Part shown: positions 18,249 through 27,359 of the stretch, piece by piece
How positions within the stretch are numbered: position 1 is the first letter of the stretch
Layout: each line of letters starts with the position of its first letter
Assembly: GCF_000179635.2 (NCBI RefSeq)
Contig: NC_014833.1
Location: forward strand, 2,370,001-2,402,000
Source of the DNA: Ruminococcus albus 7 = DSM 20455
GTDB lineage: Bacteria > Bacillota > Clostridia > Oscillospirales > Ruminococcaceae
Reading direction: 5' to 3'
Length of the DNA stretch: 32,000 nt
Notes under the pieces: model-generated
The model's database searches: none
Seen by the model: the letters and a program-made list of their open reading frames with translations, nothing else
What the model was told of the DNA's origin: nothing
Position numbers and translations under genes: made by a program

Positions 18249-18959
18249 TTATTCAGCTGATACCAGCGTGCCCACATTTTCACCCATGCAGGCATCGAAT
18301 ATATTGTCAGGTCTTGCAAGGTCAAAGACCAGTACGGGAATGTTATTATCCTTGCAAAGCGCTGCAGCGGTAGAATCCATTACCTGAAGACCCTTTTCGA
18401 GCACCTCACTGAATGTCAGTGTATCATACTTGACAGCGTCATCATACTTATGTGGATCCTTATCGTAAACGCCGTCTACCATAGTTGCCTTTAAGAATAT
18501 ATCAGCTTCTATCTCAGCAGCTCTCAGTGCAGCAGCTGTATCGGTAGAGAAGAAGGGGTTACCTGTTCCACAGCCGAATATACATACTCTGCCCTTTTCA
18601 AAGTGACGCATAGCCTTGTTCCTGATATAAGGCTCAGCCACCTGGGGCATAGAGATAGCAGTCTGAACTCTTACTTCCATACCGCAGTTTTCAAGACCGT
18701 CAGCAACAGCAAGTGCATTCATCGCAGTTGCCAGCATACCGATATGGTCAGCTCTTGTTCTGTCCATAGCACCGCTGGAACGTCCTCTCCAGAAGTTACC
18801 GCCGCCGACAACTATACCGACCTCAACGCCTGCATCAACGACCCTCTTTATGCTCTTGCCAAAGGTATTGATGATATCATAATCAAGACCCATCTTCTTA
18901 TCACCGGCGAGAGCTTCACCGCTCAGCTTGAGTAGGATACGCTTATATTTAGCTCCCAT
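18249..18959 (-). CDS. pyrH: UMP kinase
   Basis: The sequence [13 protein letters not shown]...[10 protein letters not shown]...TAAALRA is typical of PyrH. I chose the start at M4 of the listed ORF because AAGGAG lies 8 nt upstream. Confidence 0.95.
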   Translation of the reverse strand: MGAKYKRILLKLSGEALAGDKKMGLDYDIINTFGKSIKRVVDAGVEVGIVVGGGNFWRGRSSGAMDRTRADHIGMLATAMNALAVADGLENCGMEVRVQTAISMPQVAEPYIRNKAMRHFEKGRVCIFGCGTGNPFFSTDTAAALRAAEIEADIFLKATMVDGVYDKDPHKYDDAVKYDTLTFSEVLEKGLQVMDSTAAALCKDNNIPVLVFDLARPDNIFDACMGENVGTLVSAE

Positions 18960-19013
18960 AAATAACACTCCTTATCATTCATTTGCACAAAGTGCGCAAT
19001 CACTCACAATAAA

Positions 19014-19042
19014 ATTATACTATATTTTTCTCCTCTTGTAAA
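19014..19042 (-). promoter_or_regulatory. Sigma-A-type promoter for pyrH-frr-uppS-cdsA
   Basis: The minus strand reads TTTACA (19042-19037), a 17 bp spacer, then TATAAT (19019-19014). It lies directly after the upstream terminator. Confidence 0.55.
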
Positions 19043-19062
19043 GGGTTTTTACAAATTTCTTA

Positions 19063-19099
19063 GAAAAAACTGCGGAGAAATTTCGCGTTTCTCCGCAGT
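19063..19099 (-). terminator. Rho-independent terminator after the YjbQ-family gene
   Basis: 12 bp perfect stem ACTGCGGAGAAA / TTTCTCCGCAGT (19069-19080 and 19088-19099) with a 7 nt loop. On the minus strand it is followed by TTTTTT. Confidence 0.8.
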
Positions 19100-19135
19100 T
19101 TGTAAATACTTGGTAAACAGTTACATTGTCAAGAT

Positions 19136-19531
19136 CTATCCCTTGACGATCTTTACATAGAAGTTTCTTGTCCTGGGACCATCAAACTCAGCGAAGTATA
19201 TTCCCTGCCATGTGCCGAGAAGCAAAGTGCCATCCTCGATTATAACAGTTTCTGAAGCACCTACACAGCTTGATCTCAGATGTGCGGCAGAATTTCCTTC
19301 CATGTGTTTGAACTGTGGTCTGTCAGGATATGTTTTATCAAGTGCAAAAAGCAGATCGGTCTGAACATCGGGATCAGCATTCTCATTGATAGTAATTGCA
19401 GCAGTGGTATGCGGGCAGAAGATAACTGCTATACCACTTTCCACGCCTGATTCATTCAGTGTCTGTCTTACGTAACTGGTAATATTATACAGACCTTCTC
19501 TATCAGTCCTGATACTGTATTTTTTTAGCAT
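19136..19531 (-). CDS. YjbQ/UPF0047 family protein (secondary thiamine-phosphate synthase family)
   Basis: 131 aa. Motifs CPHTTAAITINENADPDV, GNSAAHL and LGTWQGIYFAEFDGPR are family hallmarks as I recall them. Confidence 0.85.
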   Translation of the reverse strand: MLKKYSIRTDREGLYNITSYVRQTLNESGVESGIAVIFCPHTTAAITINENADPDVQTDLLFALDKTYPDRPQFKHMEGNSAAHLRSSCVGASETVIIEDGTLLLGTWQGIYFAEFDGPRTRNFYVKIVKG

Positions 19532-19543
19532 GATACACCTCCG

Positions 19544-20548
19544 TCAGCTGAGGAACTGGCTCTCGGTTTCATTCTTTGAAGGTCTGCCCATAAGCTTCTT
19601 TATGCTTTCTCCAACAGGCGCACCCTCAAACAATACTTTTGCCAGTTCTTCGGTTATGGGCATCTCTATACCCATTTTCTTGGCAAGATCATAAGCATTC
19701 TTTGTGCAGGTATAGCCTTCTACGGTGCCTACCTGTCTTACCGCTTCCGTGGGATCAACTCCCTTACCGATAAGTATGCCTGCACGTCTGTTTCGGCTGT
19801 GCATCGAACAACAGGTAACGATAAGATCACCGATACCGCTGAGTCCTGCAAAGGTATCTCTCTTGGCACCCATAGCTATACCGAGCCTTTCGATCTCGCG
19901 TATACCGCGTGTCATAAGAGCAGCTTTGGTATTATCGCCCATACCCAAGCCGTCGCATACGCCTGCAGCCAGTGCTATGACATTTTTCAGCGAACCGCCT
20001 ATCTCGCAGCCCATAACATCGTCATTGACATAAACACGGAAAGTGTTGTTTGAAAGGGTCTGCTGAATAAAATAAGCAGCATCTCTATCCTCGCAAGCGG
20101 TGCAGACAGTTGTGGGTATGCCCCTTGCAACCTCCTCTGCATGGGAAGGTCCCGTAAGCACAGCGATAGTATTTTCGGGGAAGCATTCCTTTTCTACCTG
20201 TGTCATGGTCTTTAAGCTGCCTGCTTCAAGACCTTTGGCTGTATTAACGATTATAGTGTCTTTGTCGATATATGGTACAGCTTCCTCGCAGACACTTCTG
20301 ACAAAGTTGGAAGGTATACCGATAATGACCATATCCTTCCCTTTTACAGCTGAGATGTCGGTTGTAAGCTTTATGGTTTTATTTATCAGAACTCCGGGAA
20401 GCTTACTTTTGAGTTCTCCTGTTCTGTTTATAGTGTCGATCTCGTCCTGAAATTTACTCCATACTGTTACATCATGTCCTGCGTTGTCGCACATTATTGC
20501 AAGAGAAAGTCCGAAGCCTCCCGAACCTAGTATTGTGATATTTGCCAT
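19544..20548 (-). CDS. gpsA: NAD(P)H-dependent glycerol-3-phosphate dehydrogenase
   Basis: 334 aa. It has the Rossmann motif ILGSGGFGLSLA, plus LTGPSHAEEV, LKNVIALAAG and SRNRRAG. Confidence 0.95.
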   Translation of the reverse strand: MANITILGSGGFGLSLAIMCDNAGHDVTVWSKFQDEIDTINRTGELKSKLPGVLINKTIKLTTDISAVKGKDMVIIGIPSNFVRSVCEEAVPYIDKDTIIVNTAKGLEAGSLKTMTQVEKECFPENTIAVLTGPSHAEEVARGIPTTVCTACEDRDAAYFIQQTLSNNTFRVYVNDDVMGCEIGGSLKNVIALAAGVCDGLGMGDNTKAALMTRGIREIERLGIAMGAKRDTFAGLSGIGDLIVTCCSMHSRNRRAGILIGKGVDPTEAVRQVGTVEGYTCTKNAYDLAKKMGIEMPITEELAKVLFEGAPVGESIKKLMGRPSKNETESQFLS

Positions 20549-20582
20549 ATTTCATACCTCCCGTTATTTTAATATCAAGTAT

Positions 20583-21053
20583 CTATTCTTCAACAAAAAG
20601 CTCGTTCCATTTATATACAGATCCTTCTGCAGATATAATGATCACACATTCCTTGTGATATGGTTCATCATCAAACCACAGCCAACATTCAAAAACATAA
20701 GACCGATAGCCTTTGTATGCGTACAGAAATTCAAGTTTCATACCGCTATCAAGCATCTGAGAGAATTCAGCAAAGGATATCTCCTCTCTGACAGCTTTTC
20801 TTTCGGTATCGGTCTCGGTAAAAATATAGACTGTCAGATCCTGCTCTATATCGTTACTTAAAGTTTTGAAACCGACCTCTGATCTGCCTGTGTAACACAG
20901 CTTTTTATGGAAATTATATGCATTTCTTTCTGTAACATAAAAGCCGTCCGCAAAGGTAAAGGTCAGTACACCACAATCGAAGGATATTTTTTCTGCTCGG
21001 CTGTCGTGAAGAGAAATGCTGTTATCGTCGTTAGTATGCGAATATTTATACAT
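20583..21053 (-). CDS. Hypothetical 156 aa cytoplasmic protein; no family recognised
   Basis: Intact ORF. I chose the start at M19 of the listed ORF because AAGGGG lies 7 nt upstream of that ATG. No TM segment or signal peptide. It sits between plsY and gpsA. Confidence 0.65.
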   Translation of the reverse strand: MYKYSHTNDDNSISLHDSRAEKISFDCGVLTFTFADGFYVTERNAYNFHKKLCYTGRSEVGFKTLSNDIEQDLTVYIFTETDTERKAVREEISFAEFSQMLDSGMKLEFLYAYKGYRSYVFECWLWFDDEPYHKECVIIISAEGSVYKWNELFVEE

Positions 21054-21135
21054 AATACATCCCCTTCGTCTATGTCCGATATTATATCCCACGTGCGTGA
21101 AAATCATGTGTTAGTAAAAAGAATAATTACAGCAA

Positions 21136-21173
21136 ACGGCAAAGACCGCAGGATCTGCGAGCGATCTTTGCCG
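21136..21173 (-). terminator. Probable intrinsic terminator after plsY
   Basis: 9 bp outer stem CGGCAAAGA / TCTTTGCCG (21136-21144 and 21165-21173) encloses an inner CGCAG-GAT-CTGCG hairpin. On the minus strand it is followed by TTTGCTGTAATTATTCTTTTT. Confidence 0.5.
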
Positions 21174-21188
21174 AAAAGTGATGCCAGA

Positions 21189-21851
21189 TTAAGCTTCTTT
21201 TTTCTTCTGTCCGAACTTATTCTCGGTACCGTTCATAAGTCGTTTGATATTGGCATGATGCAGTGAGATTATAAGTATGCATATCAGCACGCCCATTATA
21301 GTATTAGGGATCACTGCGTAATCATCCTTATAAACAAAGTTCTGCAAAATGAAAGTGAATGTAGGATAAGCGATGGATGCAAATATCGAACCTACAGACA
21401 CATACCTTGTTGCCGCAAGCAATACTCCGAATACAACAAGTGCACACAAACAAGTCAAAGGATCAATGGCAAGAAGCGTAGTAGCTGCCAGCAGTACGCC
21501 TTTTCCTCCATGAAATCCGTAGAATATCGGGAAACAATGTCCCAGCATAACAAACAGGCCTGCAAGATATCCAATAAAATGGGGATCATCAAAAAACTCA
21601 ACGCCCATAAGCTTGTGTACAACAAGACGACATACTACAACTGCGATAACGCCCTTTGCCAGATCACACAACAGTGTAGCCAGCGCAGGACCTTTGCCAT
21701 AAACACGCAGAACATTGGTAAGACCTGCGTTTTTACTGCCGTAATCACGGATATCCTGTTTTTTCCATAATCTGCATACAATAATGGCAGAGTTAAGGCT
21801 GCCCAAAATATACGAAAATAAAACTGTGAATATTATAGCCAAAGCATTCAT
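21189..21851 (-). CDS. plsY: Glycerol-3-phosphate acyltransferase PlsY
   Basis: 220 aa polytopic membrane protein. Motifs GSLNSAI, GSKNAGLTNV and FHGGKG are present. Confidence 0.95.
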   Translation of the reverse strand: MNALAIIFTVLFSYILGSLNSAIIVCRLWKKQDIRDYGSKNAGLTNVLRVYGKGPALATLLCDLAKGVIAVVVCRLVVHKLMGVEFFDDPHFIGYLAGLFVMLGHCFPIFYGFHGGKGVLLAATTLLAIDPLTCLCALVVFGVLLAATRYVSVGSIFASIAYPTFTFILQNFVYKDDYAVIPNTIMGVLICILIISLHHANIKRLMNGTENKFGQKKKEA

Positions 21852-21872
21852 ATTATATTAAGCTCCTGTCGG

Positions 21873-23204
21873 TCATTTAACATCATCCCTGTCGCGCTCT
21901 CTGATCTTGAAAACTATTGGAGTTCCATCAAGTGAGAAAGTCTCACGGATCTGGTTTTCAAGGTAACGCTGATAAGAGAAATGGAAAAGCTCAGCTCTGT
22001 TAACAAAGAATACAAATGACGGAGGATTTGTGGAAACCTGTGTCATATAGTATATCTTGAGCCTTCTGCCCTTATCGGAGGGCGGCTGTACGCGCTGTGT
22101 AGCATACGCCAGAACTTCATTCAGCTTACCTGTCGCAATACGGACAGAATTCTGTTCCTTGACATAGCGTATCATCTCAAACAACTTATCTATACGAAGA
22201 CCTGTCTTTGCAGAAACAAAGACAAATGGTACATAGCTCATAAAGCTGAAATCATTTTCCAGCTTTTTGCGGAACTCATTCATGGTCTTGCCGTCTTTTT
22301 CAAGAGCATCCCATTTATTTACAGCAACAACGCACGCCTTACCTTTTTCGTGTGCATAGCCTGCCACCTTGCTGTCCTGCTCGGTAAAACCGACAGTGGC
22401 ATCAATGACGATAACAGCCACATCTGCTCTGTCAACAGCCATATAAGCCCTTAGCACCGAATATTTCTCTACACTTTCAAGCACCTTGGATTTACGTCTG
22501 ATACCTGCGGTATCAATGAATACGAATTTACCGAACTCATTTTCGATATCGGTATCGGTAGCATCACGGGTAGTACCTGCTATATCAGATACGATAACTC
22601 TCTCCTCACCACAGATACGGTTTATCAGCGAAGACTTACCAACATTAGGTTTACCGATAACTGCGACCTTTACAGCCTCTTCATCGTCCTCATCCTCTTC
22701 GACATCAGGCAGATATTTCAGAACTTCGTCAAGCATATCACCCGTACCGTGACCGTGAACAGATGATACAGGGAAAGGCTCACCGAGACCAAGATTATAG
22801 AACTCATAAAGCTCCATAGGCGGCTCACCCACGTTATCCACCTTATTTACGCAAAGCACAACAGGCTTGCCCGATTTGAGAAGCATCTGAGCGACTTCCA
22901 TATCAGTAGAAGTCACACCGCTTTTGATATCTGTAACAAGTATGATAACATTTGCCGAAGTTATTGCAAGTTCAGACTGCCTTCTCATCTGAGAAAGTAT
23001 GATATCATTGGATTCAGGCTCGATACCACCGGTATCCACCAGCATAAATTCCCTGCCCAGCCATTCACACTTACCGTAGATACGATCTCTGGTAACGCCA
23101 GGTGTGTCCTCGACTATAGAAAGCCGCTGACCTATAAGTTTATTGAAAAGCGTGGATTTGCCCACATTTGGTCTTCCGACCACTGCTACTACAGGCAGAA
23201 CCAT
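21873..23204 (-). CDS. der: Ribosome biogenesis GTPase Der (EngA), with two tandem G domains and a KH-like domain
   Basis: Two P-loops (GRPNVGKST and GKPNVGKSS), two DTxG motifs (DTGG, DTAG) and two NKxD motifs (NKVD, NKWD). I chose the start at M4 of the listed ORF because AAGGAG lies 9 nt upstream. Confidence 0.95.
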   Translation of the reverse strand: MVLPVVAVVGRPNVGKSTLFNKLIGQRLSIVEDTPGVTRDRIYGKCEWLGREFMLVDTGGIEPESNDIILSQMRRQSELAITSANVIILVTDIKSGVTSTDMEVAQMLLKSGKPVVLCVNKVDNVGEPPMELYEFYNLGLGEPFPVSSVHGHGTGDMLDEVLKYLPDVEEDEDDEEAVKVAVIGKPNVGKSSLINRICGEERVIVSDIAGTTRDATDTDIENEFGKFVFIDTAGIRRKSKVLESVEKYSVLRAYMAVDRADVAVIVIDATVGFTEQDSKVAGYAHEKGKACVVAVNKWDALEKDGKTMNEFRKKLENDFSFMSYVPFVFVSAKTGLRIDKLFEMIRYVKEQNSVRIATGKLNEVLAYATQRVQPPSDKGRRLKIYYMTQVSTNPPSFVFFVNRAELFHFSYQRYLENQIRETFSLDGTPIVFKIRERDRDDVK

Positions 23205-23248
23205 AACTATCATCTCCTTCCGTTTACTCTAAAACGCATACTCTTAAA

Positions 23249-23277
23249 ATTATAGCATATCTTTATAAAAAAATCAA
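23249..23277 (-). promoter_or_regulatory. Sigma-A-type promoter for der-plsY
   Basis: The minus strand reads TTGATT (23277-23272), a 17 bp spacer, then TATAAT (23254-23249). Confidence 0.55.
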
Positions 23278-23280
23278 CAC

Positions 23281-23318
23281 CAAAATAAAAGGCAGAGGAA
23301 AATAAATTTCCTCTGCCC
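23281..23318 (-). terminator. Rho-independent terminator after rpmF
   Basis: 11 bp perfect stem GGCAGAGGAAA / TTTCCTCTGCC (23291-23301 and 23307-23317) with a 5 nt loop. On the minus strand it is followed by TTTTATTTTG. Confidence 0.8.
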
Positions 23319-23359
23319 CGGTCATTCATTGTCAATTAAGACATAAGGTACCAATAGGC

Positions 23360-23542
23360 TTATGCGTCCTTCTTGATGACCTCAACGCCCTTGTAAAAAC
23401 CACAGTTCTTGCACACTCTGTGAGGCGAAGTAAGCTCGCCGCAGTTGGAGCATCTGCTCAGTGCAGGCGCTTCAAGCTTCCAAACAGCTGAACGTCTTTT
23501 GTCACGTCTAGCCTTGGAGACTTTTCTCTTTGGTACTGCCAT
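23360..23542 (-). CDS. rpmF: 50S ribosomal protein L32
   Basis: 60 aa. The sequence MAVPKRKVSKARRDKRR...CSNCGE...HRVCKNCGFY shows the zinc-ribbon form of L32. Confidence 0.97.
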   Translation of the reverse strand: MAVPKRKVSKARRDKRRSAVWKLEAPALSRCSNCGELTSPHRVCKNCGFYKGVEVIKKDA

Positions 23543-23584
23543 TTTGGCACCTCCTCTTCGGTAATAGTAACACCAGTTGTCATA

Positions 23585-24049
23585 TCAGAACAGATCTTTC
23601 GGGCAATCACAATCGCCTTCATTCAGATCCTTGCCGCATTTGAAGCATAGACCCTTACAATCCTCTTTGCAGAGGATCTTCGTGGGAAGCTGGAGCAGCA
23701 GGTCAGAAATGACCAGTTCATCGAGCTCAAGAACATTATCCTCACAGATAACATACTCATCGTAGTCATCGCGTCCGCTGTGGAGCTGTCTGACAAGTAT
23801 ATGGCTGAGATCGTAACTGTACTCTCGCTCAAACTCTTTAAGACATCTGTCGCAGACCTGTGACAAAGTAAATACTACGCTGAAATCGAGCGTTACCACG
23901 CCCGCACGATTCTCGACCCTGCCTTTGACTGCTATAGGTGCTGTAAAATCATAAGACGAATACTCTCCGACCTGTTCGGGTGAGATCTCATAGTCAAACT
24001 CTTTGACCTCTCCAACGATATCGAAAAGCTCTTTCAGATGTATTTTCAT
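23585..24049 (-). CDS. yceD: YceD/DUF177 family protein (23S rRNA accumulation protein family)
   Basis: About 154 aa, immediately upstream of rpmF as is usual. The C-terminal Cys cluster is CKEDCKGLCFKCGKDLNEGDCDC. I chose the start at M5 because of a GAGGTG RBS. Confidence 0.88.
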   Translation of the reverse strand: MKIHLKELFDIVGEVKEFDYEISPEQVGEYSSYDFTAPIAVKGRVENRAGVVTLDFSVVFTLSQVCDRCLKEFEREYSYDLSHILVRQLHSGRDDYDEYVICEDNVLELDELVISDLLLQLPTKILCKEDCKGLCFKCGKDLNEGDCDCPKDLF

Positions 24050-24075
24050 AGTACACCTCAAACATCACAAACTCC

Positions 24076-24104
24076 ATTATAACCCGAAGTCAGTGATTTG
24101 TCAA
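24076..24104 (-). promoter_or_regulatory. Consensus sigma-A promoter for yceD-rpmF
   Basis: The minus strand reads TTGACA (24104-24099), a 17 bp spacer, then TATAAT (24081-24076). Confidence 0.65.
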
Positions 24105-24147
24105 TAGTTTTTTTGAATTTTTTTAGGATAAAATAAAATTTAACAAA

Positions 24148-24552
24148 TTACTTGATGAAAGCCTTTACCTGAGCAGGCAGTTCTTCAACATCAGCAGATA
24201 CTGTAAATACGATATTGATATCCTTTGCAAGTACAGCGACCTTCTTGATCATTTCACCCAGCTCATCATAGTTTCTGCCGCCTATCTTCAGGATGCCGTC
24301 AACAAATATATCCTGTATATCGTGATTGCCAGCCAGCAGACCTGCAACGAAACCATAGAAAGTCTCGAAGCTTGTAATGCCGTAATCCTCAGCATCAACA
24401 AGTCTTACACTGTGGGGTATATCGTAAGTGAGCTTCATGCCTCTTTCAATGCATACAACATTACCTGTTGCATTTTCGGCAGCCTTAACAATGGAGTCAA
24501 CAAGTATCTTAGTCTTGCCTGTACCCTTTTTTCCCGGAATTAAATTAATCAT
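24148..24552 (-). CDS. Stand-alone 134 aa P-loop NTPase-like protein, function unknown
   Basis: Walker A GKKGTGKT at residues 7-14. A Walker B-like hhhhD (DIFVDG) lies near residue 90. GGAGAG RBS. No further domains. Confidence 0.7.
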   Translation of the reverse strand: MINLIPGKKGTGKTKILVDSIVKAAENATGNVVCIERGMKLTYDIPHSVRLVDAEDYGITSFETFYGFVAGLLAGNHDIQDIFVDGILKIGGRNYDELGEMIKKVAVLAKDINIVFTVSADVEELPAQVKAFIK

Positions 24553-24581
24553 AATAACTCTCCATTCTGCTTAATCAGCAT

Positions 24582-24617
24582 TTATTTTAAACGGCGGTAC
24601 CATAGCGGCGCCGCCGC
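24582..24617 (-). terminator. Probable intrinsic terminator after pgi
   Basis: GC-rich 6 bp stem CGGCGG / CCGCCG (24592-24597 and 24611-24616) with a 13 nt loop. On the minus strand it is followed by TTTAAAATAAA. Confidence 0.45.
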
Positions 24618-24631
24618 ATAATTCCTTGATA

Positions 24632-25963
24632 TCAGCCCAGCTTTGCTTCAAGCGCAGCCTTATGATCCTCATAGCCGGGCTTGCCCAGCAGTGCGAACAT
24701 ATTCTTCTTATAACTTTCAACACCGGGCTGGTTGAAGGGATTAACACCCAGCATATAGCCCGAGATAGCACAAGCCTTCTCGAAGAAGTATATCAGTTCA
24801 CCGAGGTTCTCCTCGTCGATCTTGTCAACATCTATCACCAGATTAGGAACACCGCCCTCGGTATGAGCGAGGATAGTACCCTCAAAAGCCTTCTGGTTAA
24901 CAACAGACATATTCTGATTAGAAAGGAAGTTCAGACCATCTCTGTTCTCAGCATCCTCTTCAATGAAGAAGTCCTGCTTGGGAGTCTTGATATTCACAAC
25001 AGTCTCAAACATGAGGTTTGAACCGTCCTGAATGAACTGACCCAGCGAGTGAAGATCGGTGGAGAAAGTAGCAGCAGATGGGAATATACCCTTGCCATCC
25101 TTGCCCTCACTCTCTCCGAAGAGCTGCTTGTACCACTCACCCATAAGTGTGAAAGCGGGATCATAGGAAACGAGCATCTCAACGCTCTTACCCTTTCTGT
25201 AAAGGATATTTCTTGCAGCAGCGTACTTATAGCAATCGTTGCCGTCATCATTAGCATACTTCTTCTGAGCATTCTGTGCGCCCTTCATCAGTGCATCTAT
25301 ATCGCAGCCTGCAACAGCGATAGGCAGAAGACCAACTGCTGTCAGTACAGAGAATCTTCCTCCTACATCATCAGGAACTACGAAAGTCTCATAGCCCATC
25401 TCATCGGAAAGCTCCTTCAGAGTGCCCTTAGCCTTATCGGTAGTAGCGAAGATACGCTCCTTAGCACCGTCCTTGCCATACTTATCTTCAAGAAGCTTCT
25501 TGAATACTCTGAAAGCAAGAGCAGGCTCGGTGGTAGTGCCGGACTTGGAAATAACATTAACTGCTACATCCTTGCCCTCGCAGATGCTCAGTACCTCGTT
25601 GAGGTAAGTAGCGCTTATATTGTTGCCGACAAAATAGATGTCGGGAGTATCCTTCTTCAGATTATTATAGAAGGGCGACTTCAGCAGCTCGATAGCAGCT
25701 CTTGCGCCGAGGTAGGAACCACCGATACCGATAACGATAAGCACATCAGCCATATCCTTTATCTTAGCAGCAGCAGCCTTGATCCTTGCGAACTCATCCT
25801 TATCGTAATCGGTAGGGAGCTCGACCCAGCCCAGGAAATCGTTGCCGGGGCCATTCTTGGCAGCAAGTGTGTTGTGAGCAGCAGTTACAGCAGGAGCGAT
25901 AGCATCGAACTCATGATCTGCAACAAAGCCCTCAAGATATTTTGTTCTCAATGTAAGTGACAT
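24632..25963 (-). CDS. pgi: Glucose-6-phosphate isomerase (short Firmicute-type PGI)
   Basis: 443 aa. Motifs [38 protein letters not shown] and FNQPGVE are present. Confidence 0.95.
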   Translation of the reverse strand: MSLTLRTKYLEGFVADHEFDAIAPAVTAAHNTLAAKNGPGNDFLGWVELPTDYDKDEFARIKAAAAKIKDMADVLIVIGIGGSYLGARAAIELLKSPFYNNLKKDTPDIYFVGNNISATYLNEVLSICEGKDVAVNVISKSGTTTEPALAFRVFKKLLEDKYGKDGAKERIFATTDKAKGTLKELSDEMGYETFVVPDDVGGRFSVLTAVGLLPIAVAGCDIDALMKGAQNAQKKYANDDGNDCYKYAAARNILYRKGKSVEMLVSYDPAFTLMGEWYKQLFGESEGKDGKGIFPSAATFSTDLHSLGQFIQDGSNLMFETVVNIKTPKQDFFIEEDAENRDGLNFLSNQNMSVVNQKAFEGTILAHTEGGVPNLVIDVDKIDEENLGELIYFFEKACAISGYMLGVNPFNQPGVESYKKNMFALLGKPGYEDHKAALEAKLG

Positions 25964-25998
25964 TATGATCAGCCTTTCTAAATAAATTGCTTTAATTT

Positions 25999-26027
25999 AT
26001 TATACAATATTTTTTATGACTTTGCAA
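25999..26027 (-). promoter_or_regulatory. Sigma-A-type promoter for pgi
   Basis: The minus strand reads TTGCAA (26027-26022), a 17 bp spacer, then TATAAT (26004-25999). Confidence 0.6.
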
Positions 26028-26077
26028 GTAATTTCAGGTAGACTTGTCACTTTTGTGCAATACTAACAAACTCAGCT

Positions 26078-27241
26078 TTAAATTTTTATCAGGTATAGTA
26101 ATAATTTTTCCAAGCAAAATTTAAAGCTTTTTTGCTTGACAGCATTGTTTGTCACCAGTTGTGCGGTATAGATCGTCTCAGTTCCGTTCCTGCATATAAG
26201 TTTTCCGCAGATCTGACCCATCTCAACGGGCGCGGTGAGGATATCTTCTTTTTCAAAAGAGATATCAATACTGCCGGATGATCCGCTAGGAACTGCCACA
26301 GGAAAAAGCTCTCCAAATGTTACGGGAACGCTGTTTTTCTCTCCGCCTTCGACAGGTATATCATCCAGCATATCCTCCGAGATTTCGGGAGTATACAGTG
26401 AATACATATCAAAGCTCATATCCAGAAGCTTTTGGGCGATATCATCACACATAGACCGGTCTGTACACCCCAGAACAACAACCGCCACCTCCATGTCCCC
26501 TCGGCTTGCAGTTACAACAGAGCACTCTCCTGCTGCCGATGATGAACAGGCTTTCATTCCGGAGATACCTTTGTATGTTCTCACCAGACGGTTCAGATTT
26601 ACAAGTTCCGCTTTGCCGCTGCGCACACGGTCTATCCAGGTTTTAAAATAGTCTGTAAGTATATCATACTTTACAAGTTCAGAAGCCAGTTTTGCTGTAT
26701 CTGCCGCATCAGCGACAGTTCTGCTGTCAAGTCCGCAAACATCTGCATATTCAGTCAGTTTCATGTCAAGCAGCTTCGCTTTACGGTTCATCTGTGTTAC
26801 AGCATTATCTGTTGAACCAAAGATATGTTCAGCGAGAGCCACTGCTGCATCATTAGCATTTCCAATCGTTATCGCTTTCAACAGTTCCTCAGCGCTTATC
26901 TTTTCATTTTTGTCAAGCCATATCTGAGGTGCAGGCATTGAATTTGCATTTGCTGATACAGTTACAGTATCCGTCAGTGACAGTTCTCCGCTTTTAAGTT
27001 TCTCTGCTGCAAGAAGTACGAGCATAAGTTTTGCAAGGTGAGATATCTCAGTTTTTTCACAGGAATTTTTTTCAAACAATACCTGCCCCGTATTGCATTC
27101 AACAGCAATTATCTCCCTGGCAGGCATGGCATAGAGCATATCTTCGACAGAGACTTTTTCAGCAAAAGAGCATTCTGACATCATGCACCCTGATAAGATC
27201 AAACATAAGATGAATACAAATAATTTTCTGAAAATTGCCAT
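26078..27241 (-). CDS. PBP5/DacA-like (peptidase S11 fold) lipoprotein with degenerate active-site motifs
   Basis: 387 aa. The signal peptide ends in the lipobox LSGC (Cys19). The overall layout is that of a D-Ala-D-Ala carboxypeptidase plus a C-terminal beta-sandwich domain. The three catalytic boxes read ISHLAK (expected SxxK), NAND (expected SxN) and KAC (expected KTG). AAGGAGGA RBS. Confidence 0.82.
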   Translation of the reverse strand: MAIFRKLFVFILCLILSGCMMSECSFAEKVSVEDMLYAMPAREIIAVECNTGQVLFEKNSCEKTEISHLAKLMLVLLAAEKLKSGELSLTDTVTVSANANSMPAPQIWLDKNEKISAEELLKAITIGNANDAAVALAEHIFGSTDNAVTQMNRKAKLLDMKLTEYADVCGLDSRTVADAADTAKLASELVKYDILTDYFKTWIDRVRSGKAELVNLNRLVRTYKGISGMKACSSSAAGECSVVTASRGDMEVAVVVLGCTDRSMCDDIAQKLLDMSFDMYSLYTPEISEDMLDDIPVEGGEKNSVPVTFGELFPVAVPSGSSGSIDISFEKEDILTAPVEMGQICGKLICRNGTETIYTAQLVTNNAVKQKSFKFCLEKLLLYLIKI

Positions 27242-27318
27242 AGAAAGTCCTCCTTAGTCTTATAATATGGCACTTCATACGGAATAATTACTTGTTCAAG
27301 TCTTTATTCGGGAGCTAT

Positions 27319-27352
27319 CAAAAAAAGCAGCACCTTTTTAACAGATGCTGCT
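27319..27352 (-). terminator. Rho-independent terminator after the GGDEF-EAL gene
   Basis: 7 bp stem AGCAGCA / TGCTGCT (27326-27332 and 27346-27352). On the minus strand it is followed by TTTTTTT. Confidence 0.72.
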
Positions 27353-27359
27353 ATTAATA

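Noticed and set aside
17709-18260. 183 aa plus-strand ORF rich in Leu, Ser and Asp
   Set aside because: It is the mirror image of the Lys/Glu-rich frr coding sequence and is a low-complexity artefact.
25049-25960. 303 aa plus-strand ORF
   Set aside because: It is entirely antisense to the strongly supported pgi gene. It has no RBS, and its Ser/Leu/Ile-rich low-complexity composition is typical of the reverse frame of a highly expressed gene.
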